Positions 17,945-28,534 are shown, counted from the stretch's first letter. The stretch: DNA of 64,000 nucleotides from Candidatus Daviesbacteria bacterium (GCA_016176415.1 JACOXH010000003.1:12419-76418), one strand, 5' to 3'. Made by a program: numbers and translations. Notes: a model not told the origin generated them from the letters alone.

Positions 17945-18283
17945 ATGGCAAAGAGTAGACCAGAAATTGTTATATCTTCGGGTAAAAAAGATCAACCTGC
18001 AGTTAAATTACCACCAGACCCCAATCAAATTATAGCTGATAGATATGATTTTCAGACAAAGATAATACTTGCAATTTTTGTGATAGCTTTCATTACAATG
18101 ATAGTTATGGTTGCTACTCTTGTGATAGACTCATTTCATATAAATTCAACAATTTATAAAGAATATTCGGATAAAAATGATGTAATAAAAAGTCTACAAG
18201 AAAGCAATAAAATTCTTTTAGAAACCGTTCAGCAAAACCAAAAAATTATAGAAGAATTTATTAATAAAAATTCTAAACAATAA
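17945..18283 (+). CDS. Hypothetical membrane-anchored coiled-coil protein between mod and res
   Basis: 112 aa; TM 'ILAIFVIAFITMIVMVATLVI', C-terminal helical region. Confidence 0.35.
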   Translation: MAKSRPEIVISSGKKDQPAVKLPPDPNQIIADRYDFQTKIILAIFVIAFITMIVMVATLVIDSFHINSTIYKEYSDKNDVIKSLQESNKILLETVQQNQKIIEEFINKNSKQ

Positions 18284-18285
18284 AT

Positions 18286-20769
18286 ATGGAACTTAAGGAA
18301 TATCAGCAAAAAGCATTAAAGCAGGTTAGATCATTTTTGACTGTTTTATCAAATGAAGTTAAAGCAGGGAATTTAAAACATGCTTCTGAAGATGCATGGG
18401 AAGCTATTGAACTGAAAAGTTATACAGAAAGCAGAAACGGGCTAGATAAAGACCTTCCAAATTTTTGTTTAAAAATTCCAACGGGTGGAGGAAAAACGCT
18501 GCTTGCCGTTAGGGTTATTGACCTTGTTAATCAAATTTATTTGCAAAAAAGAAATGGTTTAGTGCTTTGGATTGTACCGACAACTCAAATCTATAACCAA
18601 ACCATTAAAAATTTAAGGAATAAGGAGCATCCCTACAGACAATATCTTGACATAGCCAGTGGCGGGAAAACTTTGATTATAGAAAAGACAGAAAAGTTTA
18701 CCCCTTTAGATATTGAGGAAAACTTAGTGGTTTTAATGTTAATGCTGCCTTCGGCTTCCAGAAGTAATAAAGAAGCACTGAAGGTTTTTAGGGATAGTGG
18801 TGGTTTTACCGACTTTTTTCCTGGGGAAGATGATAGAAAAGGTCAACAAGAACTTCTTGCAAAGGCACCTAATTTAGATGCCTTTGGAGATGATCAGGAT
18901 TTTTGGGGAAGGCAAATAAAAACTTCTTTAGGAAATGTAATTAGAGTACTTAACCCTTTAGTAATTTTAGATGAAAGCCACAAAGGTAAAAGTCCAATCG
19001 CAGAGGATACATTATCTAATCTTAACCCTTCAATGGTGGTTGAATTATCTGCTACACCACACGAAGAAAGTAATATTTTGGTGGATATTTTAGGGAAAGA
19101 ATTGAATCAGGAAGAAATGATTAAGTTGGACTTGCATGTAATTAACAAAGCAAGTACTGAGTGGAAAAATACCATGCTTGCCAGTAAAGATAAACTGGAT
19201 TTGCTGGACCAAAAGGCAAGAGAACATGAAGCAAATACAGGGGTTTATATAAGGCCTATTTGTTTAATTCAGGCGGAGAGAACCGGAAAAGATCAAAGAG
19301 ACGGCAGGTATATACATTCAGAAGATGTTAAGGAATATTTAATTAAAGGCCTGGGAATACCGGAGGAGGAAATAGCAATTAAAACCAGTGAAAAGGATGA
19401 GCTGAAACAAATTGATGATATTGGCGGTTTGATGTCTAAAGATGCCAAGATTCGCTATATTATTACAAAACAGGCGTTGCAAGAGGGATGGGATTGTGCA
19501 TTTGCTTATGTATTAACAATATTAACAAATCCATCCTCTAGAAATGCTTTAACTCAGCTGGTTGGAAGAATTTTGAGACAGCCTTATGCCAGAAAAACAA
19601 AAGTTGAGGCATTGGATGAGAGTTATGTTTTTTGTTTTCAGCAAAGAGGTACTATTTTACTGGACGAGATAAGAAAAGGTTTCGGTCAAGAAGGATTGGG
19701 AGATCTGCAAAGTAAGGTAACAATAAGCGAAGAAGCAGAAGCAAGGGATAAAGAAAAGAAAACTTATGCAGTTAGAGATAGGTTCAAAGGGTTAGTAGAT
19801 GATGTTATTCTGCCATTTTTTCTTACCAAAGATATGGATAATTGGAGATTAATTGAGTATGAAACAGATATTTTAATTAATGTGGACTGGAAAAAAGTCA
19901 ATCTTAAAGAGCTTTTCAATTTAAGTTTATCTACCTCAGAAGAACAGGATAAGGAGCATATAACCAATCTTTCAGAAGATGTTAAGGAGTTAATAGAGCA
20001 GAAACAGATAATCCGTTTAAAAGAGGGTGGTTTAGTCCTGGATCCTGTATTCATAGCCCGACAATTATTGGAAATAATACCTAACCCTTGGATGGCCTAT
20101 GAGATAGGAGAAAAAGTTTTGTCTAATTTGCATAAAAAGTATGATATCAAACGCATAATTAATAATTTAGTTTTTATTATTGAAGAGACGAAAAAACAAT
20201 TAGAACGGGAACGTGACAGATTAGCACAAGAGGAATTTATGAAACTACTTGTAGTAAAAAGGATTAAGTTTATGGTTGCCGGAAACAATATAGGGTTTAA
20301 GATAAAGAAGGAATACAAAGCTAATGTCAATGCAAGAAGGCTAAATAATCAGGATGGAGCGCCCCTGCAGAAAAGTCTGTTTGAATTTTTAGAAGAGGAT
20401 GAATTAAATGAGGATGAGAAGAGTGTGGCTTGGTATTTAGAGGAGCAAGAGAAATTGCTTTTTTGGTATAGGAATTTAGCAAGAACAGATTATCCAATAC
20501 AAGGCTGGAGAAAACAAAAAATTTATCCGGACTTTGTTTTTACAAGTTCAGAAGACCAGAAAGATATTGATGAAATCTTTGTGGTTGAAACTAAAGGTAT
20601 ACATTTGAAGGAAAGTGATGATACTAAGTATAAAAGGTCAGTCCTGGAGATATGTAATACCCAAGCAAAATCTGAAAGTTTTATAAAGTTGTTTGGAGAT
20701 AAAAAAATTCATTATGAATTAGTATACGGGGATGAATGGGAAAGAAAACTAAACGAGTTATTAAGCTGA
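18286..20769 (+). CDS. res: Type III restriction endonuclease Res subunit (SF2 helicase + nuclease)
   Basis: Walker A 'KIPTGGGKTLLA', motif II 'VILDESHKG', helicase C-terminal motifs. 827 aa. Confidence 0.85.
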   Translation: MELKEYQQKALKQVRSFLTVLSNEVKAGNLKHASEDAWEAIELKSYTESRNGLDKDLPNFCLKIPTGGGKTLLAVRVIDLVNQIYLQKRNGLVLWIVPTTQIYNQTIKNLRNKEHPYRQYLDIASGGKTLIIEKTEKFTPLDIEENLVVLMLMLPSASRSNKEALKVFRDSGGFTDFFPGEDDRKGQQELLAKAPNLDAFGDDQDFWGRQIKTSLGNVIRVLNPLVILDESHKGKSPIAEDTLSNLNPSMVVELSATPHEESNILVDILGKELNQEEMIKLDLHVINKASTEWKNTMLASKDKLDLLDQKAREHEANTGVYIRPICLIQAERTGKDQRDGRYIHSEDVKEYLIKGLGIPEEEIAIKTSEKDELKQIDDIGGLMSKDAKIRYIITKQALQEGWDCAFAYVLTILTNPSSRNALTQLVGRILRQPYARKTKVEALDESYVFCFQQRGTILLDEIRKGFGQEGLGDLQSKVTISEEAEARDKEKKTYAVRDRFKGLVDDVILPFFLTKDMDNWRLIEYETDILINVDWKKVNLKELFNLSLSTSEEQDKEHITNLSEDVKELIEQKQIIRLKEGGLVLDPVFIARQLLEIIPNPWMAYEIGEKVLSNLHKKYDIKRIINNLVFIIEETKKQLERERDRLAQEEFMKLLVVKRIKFMVAGNNIGFKIKKEYKANVNARRLNNQDGAPLQKSLFEFLEEDELNEDEKSVAWYLEEQEKLLFWYRNLARTDYPIQGWRKQKIYPDFVFTSSEDQKDIDEIFVVETKGIHLKESDDTKYKRSVLEICNTQAKSESFIKLFGDKKIHYELVYGDEWERKLNELLS

Positions 20770-20904
20770 TAAACTGTACGACCTAACGCCAGAGGAGATT
20801 AAAATTGTGGAGGTTAATACAAAATAACTTTTTATTTAAAGGCAAAACAAAGGGGAAATAAAGGAGAGGCTCTTGTTGAAAGTGTTTTATCTGAACATGC
20901 AATA

Positions 20905-21483
20905 GTGCATAAAATCGATGGTTCAAAAGATGTTGGTATTGACATGATTTGTGAGTGGGTTAATGGAGAAAAACCAACACAAATAATGTTCGGAGTTCAG
21001 GTTAAAACTTTAAACATAAAACTTACGCCCAGAAGGGAAAAAAGTAAAAGAAATTTCTTAGAGGAATACGAGGGAAATGTCTCAATCAAACAAACAACCC
21101 TAGGTTATTGGAAAGGCTTTGATTTTCCAGTTTTTGTATTTTTAGTAGATCTAAAAAATTCAAAAATTTATTTCAAAAGGTATACTTCAATTGTTCATAG
21201 TTTAATAAAACATACAAAGGAACCTTTTTATCTGGTAACAGAAAATGGTAAGTTTCAAGCTTATGTCCAAGGAAAAGAGCATACATTTGGATTTTGTCGG
21301 GATTTATTTTTTGATCACCTTCGTTGTCAACACAATAAAGGCATATTAAGCGGAATAGATCCTAATGATTTAGACTTAAGGGGTTGGACTAAAGAAGCTC
21401 TTTATAAAGGGGTGTTTGATCAATACAAAGACAAAATCCGCGCTACATATAGAAGGTATCAAAAATGGAGCAAGTTTTTTTAA
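20905..21483 (+). CDS. Hypothetical protein with putative PD-(D/E)xK nuclease-like motif (D..GID...VQVK)
   Basis: 'DVGIDMICEW...FGVQVKT' resembles a restriction-endonuclease-fold core. GTG start. No confident family. Confidence 0.4.
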   Translation: MHKIDGSKDVGIDMICEWVNGEKPTQIMFGVQVKTLNIKLTPRREKSKRNFLEEYEGNVSIKQTTLGYWKGFDFPVFVFLVDLKNSKIYFKRYTSIVHSLIKHTKEPFYLVTENGKFQAYVQGKEHTFGFCRDLFFDHLRCQHNKGILSGIDPNDLDLRGWTKEALYKGVFDQYKDKIRATYRRYQKWSKFF

Positions 21484-21543
21484 GTAAACTCTACGGCCTG
21501 AATTCAGAGAAAATTAAGATTCTAGAAAATAACATATAAAAAA

Positions 21544-21942
21544 ATGAACAATTCTGACAGGTCACAGCTCTACAAAGAAGAGATTAAATTTATTTTCAGC
21601 AGAAAAGGATCCGATGTAAGGCGTGCGACAGTGATCTCTGCATTTATAGAATGGCAGATATTCTCTTTAGCAAGTCATTTTCTAGAGAAACGGAAGGTCG
21701 CACATAAGCCAGAACCTAATCAAGAATACAATCAGTCGTTTAATGTTTTAAAAGTAAATAAAATACTTGCGTTGATAGAACTTGAAAAAATACAAAAATT
21801 CCGCAGAGAAAGAAATAAATCTATCCACAGCATATTTAAAGGTATGACACGTATTGAATGGGAAAGACAAAATAAACTCGTAATAGAACTCGGGAGACCT
21901 ATTGTGAAAGCACTTGATAAGAAACTATATTCGTTAACGTAA
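21544..21942 (+). CDS. Hypothetical protein (partner of preceding ORF)
   Basis: 132-aa ORF, RBS-spaced, no family recognised. Confidence 0.4.
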   Translation: MNNSDRSQLYKEEIKFIFSRKGSDVRRATVISAFIEWQIFSLASHFLEKRKVAHKPEPNQEYNQSFNVLKVNKILALIELEKIQKFRRERNKSIHSIFKGMTRIEWERQNKLVIELGRPIVKALDKKLYSLT

Positions 21943-22060
21943 TTATTTAGGAATGGCGTACAATTGGGATTGATTAATTTAGCTTCCCACCCTCCAGGTA
22001 TTATAACTTCACACCCGCCAAAGGCGGGCAAGCCTGGGGAGTTTTATTAATAGGACAACT

Positions 22061-22106
22061 CATTCGAGTCTGAGCGACGAGGTCGCTAGACCTCAGAGTC
22101 GAAGAC
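22061..22106. repeat. Family-2 repeat copy, inverted relative to the copy at 15288-15365
   Basis: CTGAGCG...AGTCGAAG core. Imperfect palindrome TCGAGTCTGAGCGAC / GTCGCTAGACCTCAGAGTCGAA. Confidence 0.5.
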
Positions 22107-22172
22107 CACCTGTCCCATTAGGCTGCTGTTGATGTTTACAATTTGTATTAAATCTGTAATGATGTATATAAA

Positions 22173-22673
22173 GTGAAACTGCCTGTAAATATCTTTAAAC
22201 TGGTTGCATCTATTGCCCTTTGCCAGTCTGCCGGGATAATAGGCTCTTTTTTTACTGTTTCTTCCATCTCAAACTGGTATAACTTACTAAATCAGCCCTC
22301 ATTTAGACCTCCAAACTTTCTTTTTGGTCCTGTTTGGATAACACTTTATACCCTTATGGGCATCTCCTTTTACTTAATCTGGATTAAATTAGGAGATAAA
22401 AAATACAGTAAAAAAGCAAAACTCATAAAGCTGTCCTTAGTAATTTTTTTAATACACCTCTTCTTTAATGCCACCTGGTCAATTGTCTTTTTTGGCTTAC
22501 ACAATATCTTTTTAGCTCTAATAAATATTCTGGTTATCTGGGTGTTTATAGTGATTTTGATTAGTAAGTTTTGGAGTTTAGATAAAAGAGCATCTGTTCT
22601 GCTGATTCCATACCTGGCTTGGGTAAGCTTCGCCACCATCTTAAACTACAGCATCTGGATTTTAAACAGATGA
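22173..22673 (+). CDS. tspO: TspO/MBR family tryptophan-rich sensory protein
   Basis: 5-TM protein with 'PSFRPPNFLFGPVWITLYTLMG' and 'LLIPYLAWVSFATILN'. Confidence 0.8.
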   Translation: MKLPVNIFKLVASIALCQSAGIIGSFFTVSSISNWYNLLNQPSFRPPNFLFGPVWITLYTLMGISFYLIWIKLGDKKYSKKAKLIKLSLVIFLIHLFFNATWSIVFFGLHNIFLALINILVIWVFIVILISKFWSLDKRASVLLIPYLAWVSFATILNYSIWILNR

Positions 22674-22703
22674 AACTTTAAAATTTTTAGCTTCATACTG
22701 AAA

Positions 22704-23264
22704 TTACTCGGTTTTGCCGGTGAGGAGAGCGTCAATAATATCATGAGGTAACGCGGCAGCATTAAGTAAAGCTTTTCGAACGATTCCACCTGTTTCTGAT
22801 CCTATTTCATCTGCTGCCCTAAGGGTTCCCATTACCGCGCTCCTGGCCAGTTCTCCTGAGTCTGCACCAATGTCGCCTGCTGCTTTAATTGCTCCCTGTA
22901 CAGAAGATATAGCCACTTCTCCTACATCTTCACCAACTTTAGAGGCTGTTCTAACAGCTTGTGAAGCTGCTTCTCCTGCCGCTTCCGTGGTATTTACACC
23001 TGTATCTTTTGCTCCATCAATAACTCCTCTTACCAAACCTGTAACTCCATCAGTCAGGGATGCTCCTGTTGAGGAGACAGCTTCTAAACCTTCACCTACT
23101 ACATCATCAACAGTTTGAAGGCCTGTGACAGCTACATCTCCCGCTCCAGATATAAGTTTGACAACATTTTTCCTGGCTACATCCTGAACAGTTGAGGCAA
23201 CATCACCGGCACCGGATACTACAGAAGAAAGAGCATTTTTTAAATCATCAGTCAAATTTGCCAT
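22704..23264 (-). CDS. Gly/Ala/Asp/Val-rich repetitive protein
   Basis: Repeats of 'GAGDVA.TG / GE.AS.AV / G.D.G' units; no TM. Confidence 0.5.
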   Translation of the reverse strand: MANLTDDLKNALSSVVSGAGDVASTVQDVARKNVVKLISGAGDVAVTGLQTVDDVVGEGLEAVSSTGASLTDGVTGLVRGVIDGAKDTGVNTTEAAGEAASQAVRTASKVGEDVGEVAISSVQGAIKAAGDIGADSGELARSAVMGTLRAADEIGSETGGIVRKALLNAAALPHDIIDALLTGKTE

Positions 23265-23563
23265 TATAATTACACTAACACAACAAAAACTTTCCTGTCA
23301 ACTAAAAACCATTTTTCATTTAACACATATGGTAAATTATTAGTATGAAGGAATTTATTTTTTTGCTATATTTTAAGCGGCTGATTTGTTTGCTGAAGTA
23401 AATCACAATAATAATTTGTAAAAGGGCAGCCATGTAAACCCCCAAAAGCGAGAAAAAATTTCGTTGTTGTCTCCTAAAAAAAGAGGTATCAAAACTACTG
23501 AATCATCCAGGTAAGTAATAAAAGAAATGACAAATGAACAATAGCTTTCAAATTTTGCAGGCT

Positions 23564-23821
23564 TTAAGCCTGCAAAAGTTTATAAACCCGCATAAAAATC
23601 CAGCCGATCACCCAGGCAGTAACACCTGATGAGATTAAACCGGTGATAACAGATGATGCGGTGATCTCTAGGGCAGCTGTTTTAGTCAATTCTATACCAT
23701 GAAACCATGACCGGGCTACGGCAAAAGAAGCGTCAGGGAATAAAGCTACCAAAATCAGACATGCCACATATACAATAGCAGTAGTTACGGCTAAAGCATT
23801 CGGAATTACGTACGCTTTCAT
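23564..23821 (-). CDS. Small membrane protein
   Basis: 85 aa, 2-3 TM. Confidence 0.4.
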   Translation of the reverse strand: MKAYVIPNALAVTTAIVYVACLILVALFPDASFAVARSWFHGIELTKTAALEITASSVITGLISSGVTAWVIGWIFMRVYKLLQA

Positions 23822-23825
23822 ATTC

Positions 23826-24497
23826 TCACCTCCTTACTGTTAATTTAATACCCAAAAGATATTCATAAATTGGCCCAAGTAGGGCTCCGACTCCAAATGC
23901 CCAGACAATCTCCTCAAGAGGAACACCTAAAATAATAAGTCCTGAAAGATTATTTATATTCCAATGCATGATAAAGTCAGGGATGAAGAAAGCAAATATT
24001 GAAAAGAACAGGAAATAAAAAAGCCCAAAGAGTAAGCCTGAATAAATAACTTTTTTTATAAGGTCTGGTCTGGTAACAGCGATAAGGGCAATATTTATTA
24101 TTATCCCGATATATACAGCATACATGAAGTTTATCTTAAATATTGTGTATGTCAGGAAGATAGCTATTACACCTGTCCCTAAAAGCAAGCCATGGAAAAT
24201 TCCTCCATTAAAACAATCACAAAGCCTTTGATGTTTAACCCTACCCTTCATAAATAGTTCATAAATTACTGCTACTATGCCGCCTACAGCAAAGGTAAAG
24301 ATAAAGTCTTCTATAGAAAGCTTGGGATTGCCAATAGTATCGGGAAGCCAGTAGCCGGGAACAAAGAAGACTTCGGATAAAGCGGCAGGAGTAACAATAA
24401 GGCTTGCTATGAGCATTTCTTTTCTTAATTTCTTTTGAGAAATAAAAATTAAAAGCCAAATGGCAAGTAGAAGCAGTGAGCCGAGCAGATAGTGCAT
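23826..24497 (-). CDS. Multi-TM protein, possibly lycopene-cyclase-domain (CrtYcd-like) family
   Basis: 'GVPLEEIVWAFGVGALLG' resembles the PxEE motif of the lycopene cyclase domain. Weak call. Confidence 0.35.
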   Translation of the reverse strand: MHYLLGSLLLLAIWLLIFISQKKLRKEMLIASLIVTPAALSEVFFVPGYWLPDTIGNPKLSIEDFIFTFAVGGIVAVIYELFMKGRVKHQRLCDCFNGGIFHGLLLGTGVIAIFLTYTIFKINFMYAVYIGIIINIALIAVTRPDLIKKVIYSGLLFGLFYFLFFSIFAFFIPDFIMHWNINNLSGLIILGVPLEEIVWAFGVGALLGPIYEYLLGIKLTVRR

Positions 24498-24522
24498 ATA
24501 TTTAGTGTATCATCATAATTTT

Positions 24523-25923
24523 TCAGATACAGCAACTTAATTTAGAGATATCCTTAGTAAAGGATAAGGCGGCAATTTTAATAGCCTCTGAAAGAGTCGG
24601 AAACATGGGTAAAGAATTTATCACATCATCAATTGTATTTTTGTTTTTAATTAGCATCATGGCTTCTGCAATAAGTTCTCCAGCATTGGGAGCTAAGATA
24701 TGCACACCCATAATCTGTTTTGTTTCAGGATGGATAGCCATTTTAATAAGTCCTTCTGTACGATTTAGGATTAATGCTTTTGGGACATCTTTGAAAGATA
24801 CAGTCTTGCACATACACGTACCAAATTTTTCCATTTGTTCATCTTCTGTAAAACCCACTCCTGCAAGCTGCGGATCAGTAAAAATAGTCCAGGGGGCACT
24901 TTTATAATCTATGCTATTTTGAGTATTCTTTAAAGCATTTTCTGTGGCCAGTGTTCCTTCCCGTCCGGCCGTTGTTTCAAGACGAAGCGGAGCATTCGTG
25001 ACATCTCCCACTGCATAAATATGAAGTTGTGAAGTTTGGAATTGTGCGTTTACTTTTATCGCCTGCTTCTCATCAATCTCAACGCCTGCCTTATTAAGAG
25101 CTAATCTTTCGGTATTTGGAGTTTTGCCTACAGCCAGTAAGATCTCCTGTCCTGATATTTCTTCCTGCTGATCGTGAGTTTTGTAAGTAACAATCTTTTT
25201 GTTTCCCTCTTTTCGGGCACTCTTTACCTGAATATCTGTTTTAATAGTAATTCCTTCGTTGGTAAGTATCTCGGTGAGTCTTGTTGTTAATTCTTCTTCT
25301 CCCCGGAAAATGGATGGTCCCCGATGAAGAATGGTAACTTTCGTTCCAAAACGGGCATACATCTGGGCAAACTCAAGTCCTACCGGACCAGCTCCTATAA
25401 CAATAAGTTCTTTGGGTTGCTGCTTCATTTTCAAAGCCTCAATATGCGTTACAAAACCGGTCTCCTTTATGCCTTCAATTGGCACAACAGTTGCAGTCGA
25501 ACCGGTCGCAACAATAAACTTTCCGGCAGTATACTTTTGTCCATTAACTTCTATCTCACTTGAAGAAACAAAGCTTGCTTTTCCTTCTACATAAGTAATA
25601 TTTTCTAACTGGCTTAATACTTTTTCGTATTTTTCATTCCTAAGTTTTGTTACTAAATCAAGTTCGTGTTGGATAACTGTAGCAAAATCAAAGTTTTTAA
25701 CCTTAATTTCTAATCCCGGAATACCATGATTTCTTGCCTGATGCATTACTTCGCCTGCCCAAAGAAGAGTTTTTGAAGGTACACAGCCTACATTTACACA
25801 AGTACCACCAAGAGGTAGGCCCTTATTCACCATTAAAGTTTTTGCACCAAGTTCATTTGCTTTGATAGCTGATGCAAAAGCTCCTGCACCCCCACCGATA
25901 ATAATTAAGTTATATTGCTCCAT
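24523..25923 (-). CDS. merA: Mercuric reductase MerA (core, no N-terminal HMA domain)
   Basis: FAD motif 'IIGGGAGAFASA', redox disulfide 'GGTCVNVGCVPSK', NAD motif 'VIGAGPVGLEFAQ', C-terminal vicinal Cys 'KLSCCI'. True start at MEQYN (25923); track ORF extends to 26070. Confidence 0.7.
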   Translation of the reverse strand: MEQYNLIIIGGGAGAFASAIKANELGAKTLMVNKGLPLGGTCVNVGCVPSKTLLWAGEVMHQARNHGIPGLEIKVKNFDFATVIQHELDLVTKLRNEKYEKVLSQLENITYVEGKASFVSSSEIEVNGQKYTAGKFIVATGSTATVVPIEGIKETGFVTHIEALKMKQQPKELIVIGAGPVGLEFAQMYARFGTKVTILHRGPSIFRGEEELTTRLTEILTNEGITIKTDIQVKSARKEGNKKIVTYKTHDQQEEISGQEILLAVGKTPNTERLALNKAGVEIDEKQAIKVNAQFQTSQLHIYAVGDVTNAPLRLETTAGREGTLATENALKNTQNSIDYKSAPWTIFTDPQLAGVGFTEDEQMEKFGTCMCKTVSFKDVPKALILNRTEGLIKMAIHPETKQIMGVHILAPNAGELIAEAMMLIKNKNTIDDVINSLPMFPTLSEAIKIAALSFTKDISKLSCCI

Positions 25924-25963
25924 CTTGACACATACCCCCCAGGGGTGTATATTAACAGAATAT

Positions 25964-26233
25964 ATGAAAAGCAGTATGGATGTCAAGCAAGAGGAGCGTA
26001 AGAGGATAAATATCATCAAAGGGCAGCTGGATGGCCTTTTGAAAATGATTGAAGAAGATAAATACTGCATTGATGTGTTAAATCAAAGCCTGGCTATTCA
26101 AAATTCCATCAAAAGTCTGGATTCTTTAATTTTGGAAAAACATTTAAAAACTCACGTTGCAGATCAGTTTAATAAAGAAAGAGAAAAAGCAGTTGAGGAA
26201 CTTTTAAAGCTTTTCGGGAGAATACACCAATAA
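25964..26233 (+). CDS. csoR: CsoR/RcnR-family metal-sensing transcriptional repressor
   Basis: '[37 protein letters not shown]...LEKHL' is the DUF156/CsoR fold with Cys ligand. Start MKSSMDV at 25964. Confidence 0.75.
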   Translation: MKSSMDVKQEERKRINIIKGQLDGLLKMIEEDKYCIDVLNQSLAIQNSIKSLDSLILEKHLKTHVADQFNKEREKAVEELLKLFGRIHQ

Positions 26234-28326
26234 TGAAAATGTATACCTGTCCAATGGATCCGGATGTAATAAAAGATGAGCCCGGTAATTGCCCAAAGTG
26301 TGGAATGAAGCTGGTAGTAATGGGGGATCATGGCGCCCACGAGGGTCATGCTTCGATGGAATATGATTTTAGAAAGCGCTTTTTTATCACACTTCCTTTT
26401 GTAATTCTTTCAATCTTTCTTTCCCCGATGATCCGGATGTGGCTGGGGATTGATGTGGCGATTCCTTTTGGGGAAATGCTGCTTTTTGTAGTCGGCGCTT
26501 TTATCTTTTTCTACGGCGGTTGGCCTTTTTTCATTGCAGCCAAAGGTGAGATATCCACCCGCAACTACGGCATGATGACTTTAGTGGCTTTTGCCATTAC
26601 TGTAGGATTTACCTTTTCAGTGGCAGCCACGTTTCTATTCCCCGGTGAGTCTTTATATTGGGAAATTGCAACTTTAATTTCGGTATTTTTGCTGGGACAC
26701 TGGCTGGAAATGAGAGCGGTGAGAGGCGCTACCGGCGCTTTGGCAGAACTGGCTAAACTGATTCCTCCCTCAGCGCACCTTTTAAAGGATGGCAAGGTGA
26801 CTGATGTGCAGACAAGTGAACTTAAGATTAAAGACGTGGTTTTGGTCAAACCCGGTGAAAAAATCCCGGTTGACGGCATTGTGATTGATGGAGAAAGCTC
26901 TGTTAACGAATCAATGGTGACAGGGGAATCAAGACCAATCGGTAAAAAGAAAGGTGATAAAGTAATCGGAGGCACCATCAATCAGGATGGATCGTTGACA
27001 ATTGAGGTTGCCAAAACAGGCGCAGATACTGCCGTCTCACAAATTATGAAGCTGGTCAGGGAAGCTCAAGCCTCAAAGCCCAATGTCCAGCATTTGGCTG
27101 ATAAAGCGGCTAATGTTTTGACATTTGCGGCTATTATTGCCGGTGGTGGAGCATTTTTATTTTGGTTTTTCATTGAACCCAGGGGTGCTGTTTTTGCAGC
27201 CACTTTGGCAGTTTCAGCAATTGTAGTGGCTTGTCCTCATGCTTTGGGACTGGCTATTCCTACAGTTACAACTATAACTTCTATGCTCGGGGCAAAAAAC
27301 GGCATTTTGATAAAAGATATGAAGGGTTTGGAGATAGCCAGAAAAATAAGTTATGTAGTTTTTGATAAGACCGGCACTTTAACAAAAGGGGAATTTGGAG
27401 TTGTTGATGTTATTCTGAACGAAGTGAAGAATCTCAAAATTAAATCTAGAGATTCTTCGCTAATCACTCAGAATGACATATTAAAATTGGCGGCGGCTGT
27501 AGAGGTTCAATCACAACATTCGATTGCCCAGGGGATTGTTAATGAAGCTAAAAAGAAAAATCTGGAGATACCGCAAGTTAAAGAGTTCAAATCTTTTCCC
27601 GGTAAAGGAGCGCAAGGCAAAGTTGACGGCATGACTGTGGCTGTGGGCAACAAGGTCTTAATGGAAGAGTTGAAGGTCAAAATGGAAGATCTGAAAACAG
27701 GGAAAAAAGGCAATACCCCGATTTTTGCTGCCATTGACGGGAAGCTGGCGGGAATCATTCTGCTGGCTGATATTATCAGGGAAGAATCAAAAGAGGCGGT
27801 AAAAAGGCTTCATGATATGGGAATAAAAACAGCAATGTTAACAGGTGATGTTAAAGATGTAGCAGATGAAGTAGGGAAAGAACTTGATATGGATACTGTT
27901 TTTGCCCAGGTTTTACCTGAAGATAAGGTGAATAAAATAAAACAGCTGCAAGCGCAAGGTAATATAGTGGCAATGGTAGGGGACGGGGTGAATGATGCCC
28001 CTTCTTTGACTCAATCACATGTAGGAATTGCTATTGGCGCAGGAACTGATGTAGCAGTGGAATCTGCTGATATAGTGCTGATGAAAAACGACCCGATGGA
28101 TGTGGTTAAAGCCATATCTTTGAGCAGAAAAACCAACAGCAAAATGATTCAAAATTTAATTTGGGCCACAGGTTATAATGTATTTGCTATTCCCACTGCA
28201 GCAGGGGTTTTGTATTTGAATCTGGGAATACTTTTAAGACCTGAATGGGCAGCTTTGCTTATGAGCGCATCATCAATAATTGTGGTTTTTAATGCCTTGC
28301 TTTTAAGAAGAGCAAAGTTAGATTGA
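26233..28326 (+). CDS. copB: Copper-translocating P1B-type ATPase, CopB-like (CPH motif)
   Basis: N-terminal 'CPMDPDV...CPKCGM' metal-binding, TM 'CPH', 'DKTGTLT', 'GDGVNDAP'. Confidence 0.85.
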   Translation: MKMYTCPMDPDVIKDEPGNCPKCGMKLVVMGDHGAHEGHASMEYDFRKRFFITLPFVILSIFLSPMIRMWLGIDVAIPFGEMLLFVVGAFIFFYGGWPFFIAAKGEISTRNYGMMTLVAFAITVGFTFSVAATFLFPGESLYWEIATLISVFLLGHWLEMRAVRGATGALAELAKLIPPSAHLLKDGKVTDVQTSELKIKDVVLVKPGEKIPVDGIVIDGESSVNESMVTGESRPIGKKKGDKVIGGTINQDGSLTIEVAKTGADTAVSQIMKLVREAQASKPNVQHLADKAANVLTFAAIIAGGGAFLFWFFIEPRGAVFAATLAVSAIVVACPHALGLAIPTVTTITSMLGAKNGILIKDMKGLEIARKISYVVFDKTGTLTKGEFGVVDVILNEVKNLKIKSRDSSLITQNDILKLAAAVEVQSQHSIAQGIVNEAKKKNLEIPQVKEFKSFPGKGAQGKVDGMTVAVGNKVLMEELKVKMEDLKTGKKGNTPIFAAIDGKLAGIILLADIIREESKEAVKRLHDMGIKTAMLTGDVKDVADEVGKELDMDTVFAQVLPEDKVNKIKQLQAQGNIVAMVGDGVNDAPSLTQSHVGIAIGAGTDVAVESADIVLMKNDPMDVVKAISLSRKTNSKMIQNLIWATGYNVFAIPTAAGVLYLNLGILLRPEWAALLMSASSIIVVFNALLLRRAKLD

Positions 28327-28342
28327 AAAGAAAGGAGGAAAT

Positions 28343-28534
28343 ATGTTTGGACTTTTCGGCGGAGTAAAAGACCCGGTTTGCGGGATGAAGGTGGATAAAA
28401 AAAGCCAGTTCTCGACAGAGTTTAAGGGCCAAAAGTATTACTTTTGTTCTGAAAATTGCTTAAATCAGTTTAAAGGAGCTCCGGAAAAATATGTCACTGT
28501 TCAAAGCAATCATTCCCAGAGTTGCTGCCACTAA
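28343..28534 (+). CDS. YHS/TRASH-domain metal-binding protein
   Basis: 'DPVCGMKV...YYFCSENC' is the YHS/TRASH signature. Confidence 0.7.
   Translation: MFGLFGGVKDPVCGMKVDKKSQFSTEFKGQKYYFCSENCLNQFKGAPEKYVTVQSNHSQSCCH

Noticed and set aside
21732-22031. Minus-strand ORF 21732-22031
   Set aside because: Overlaps the 3' end of ORF 21544-21942 and a hairpin/repeat region; no family and no RBS.
25924-26070. N-terminal 49-aa extension of the merA ORF in the track
   Set aside because: Extension is Cys/Ser/Leu-rich without HMA motif and overlaps csoR on the opposite strand; start reassigned to MEQYN at 25923, immediately before the FAD-binding GxGxxG.
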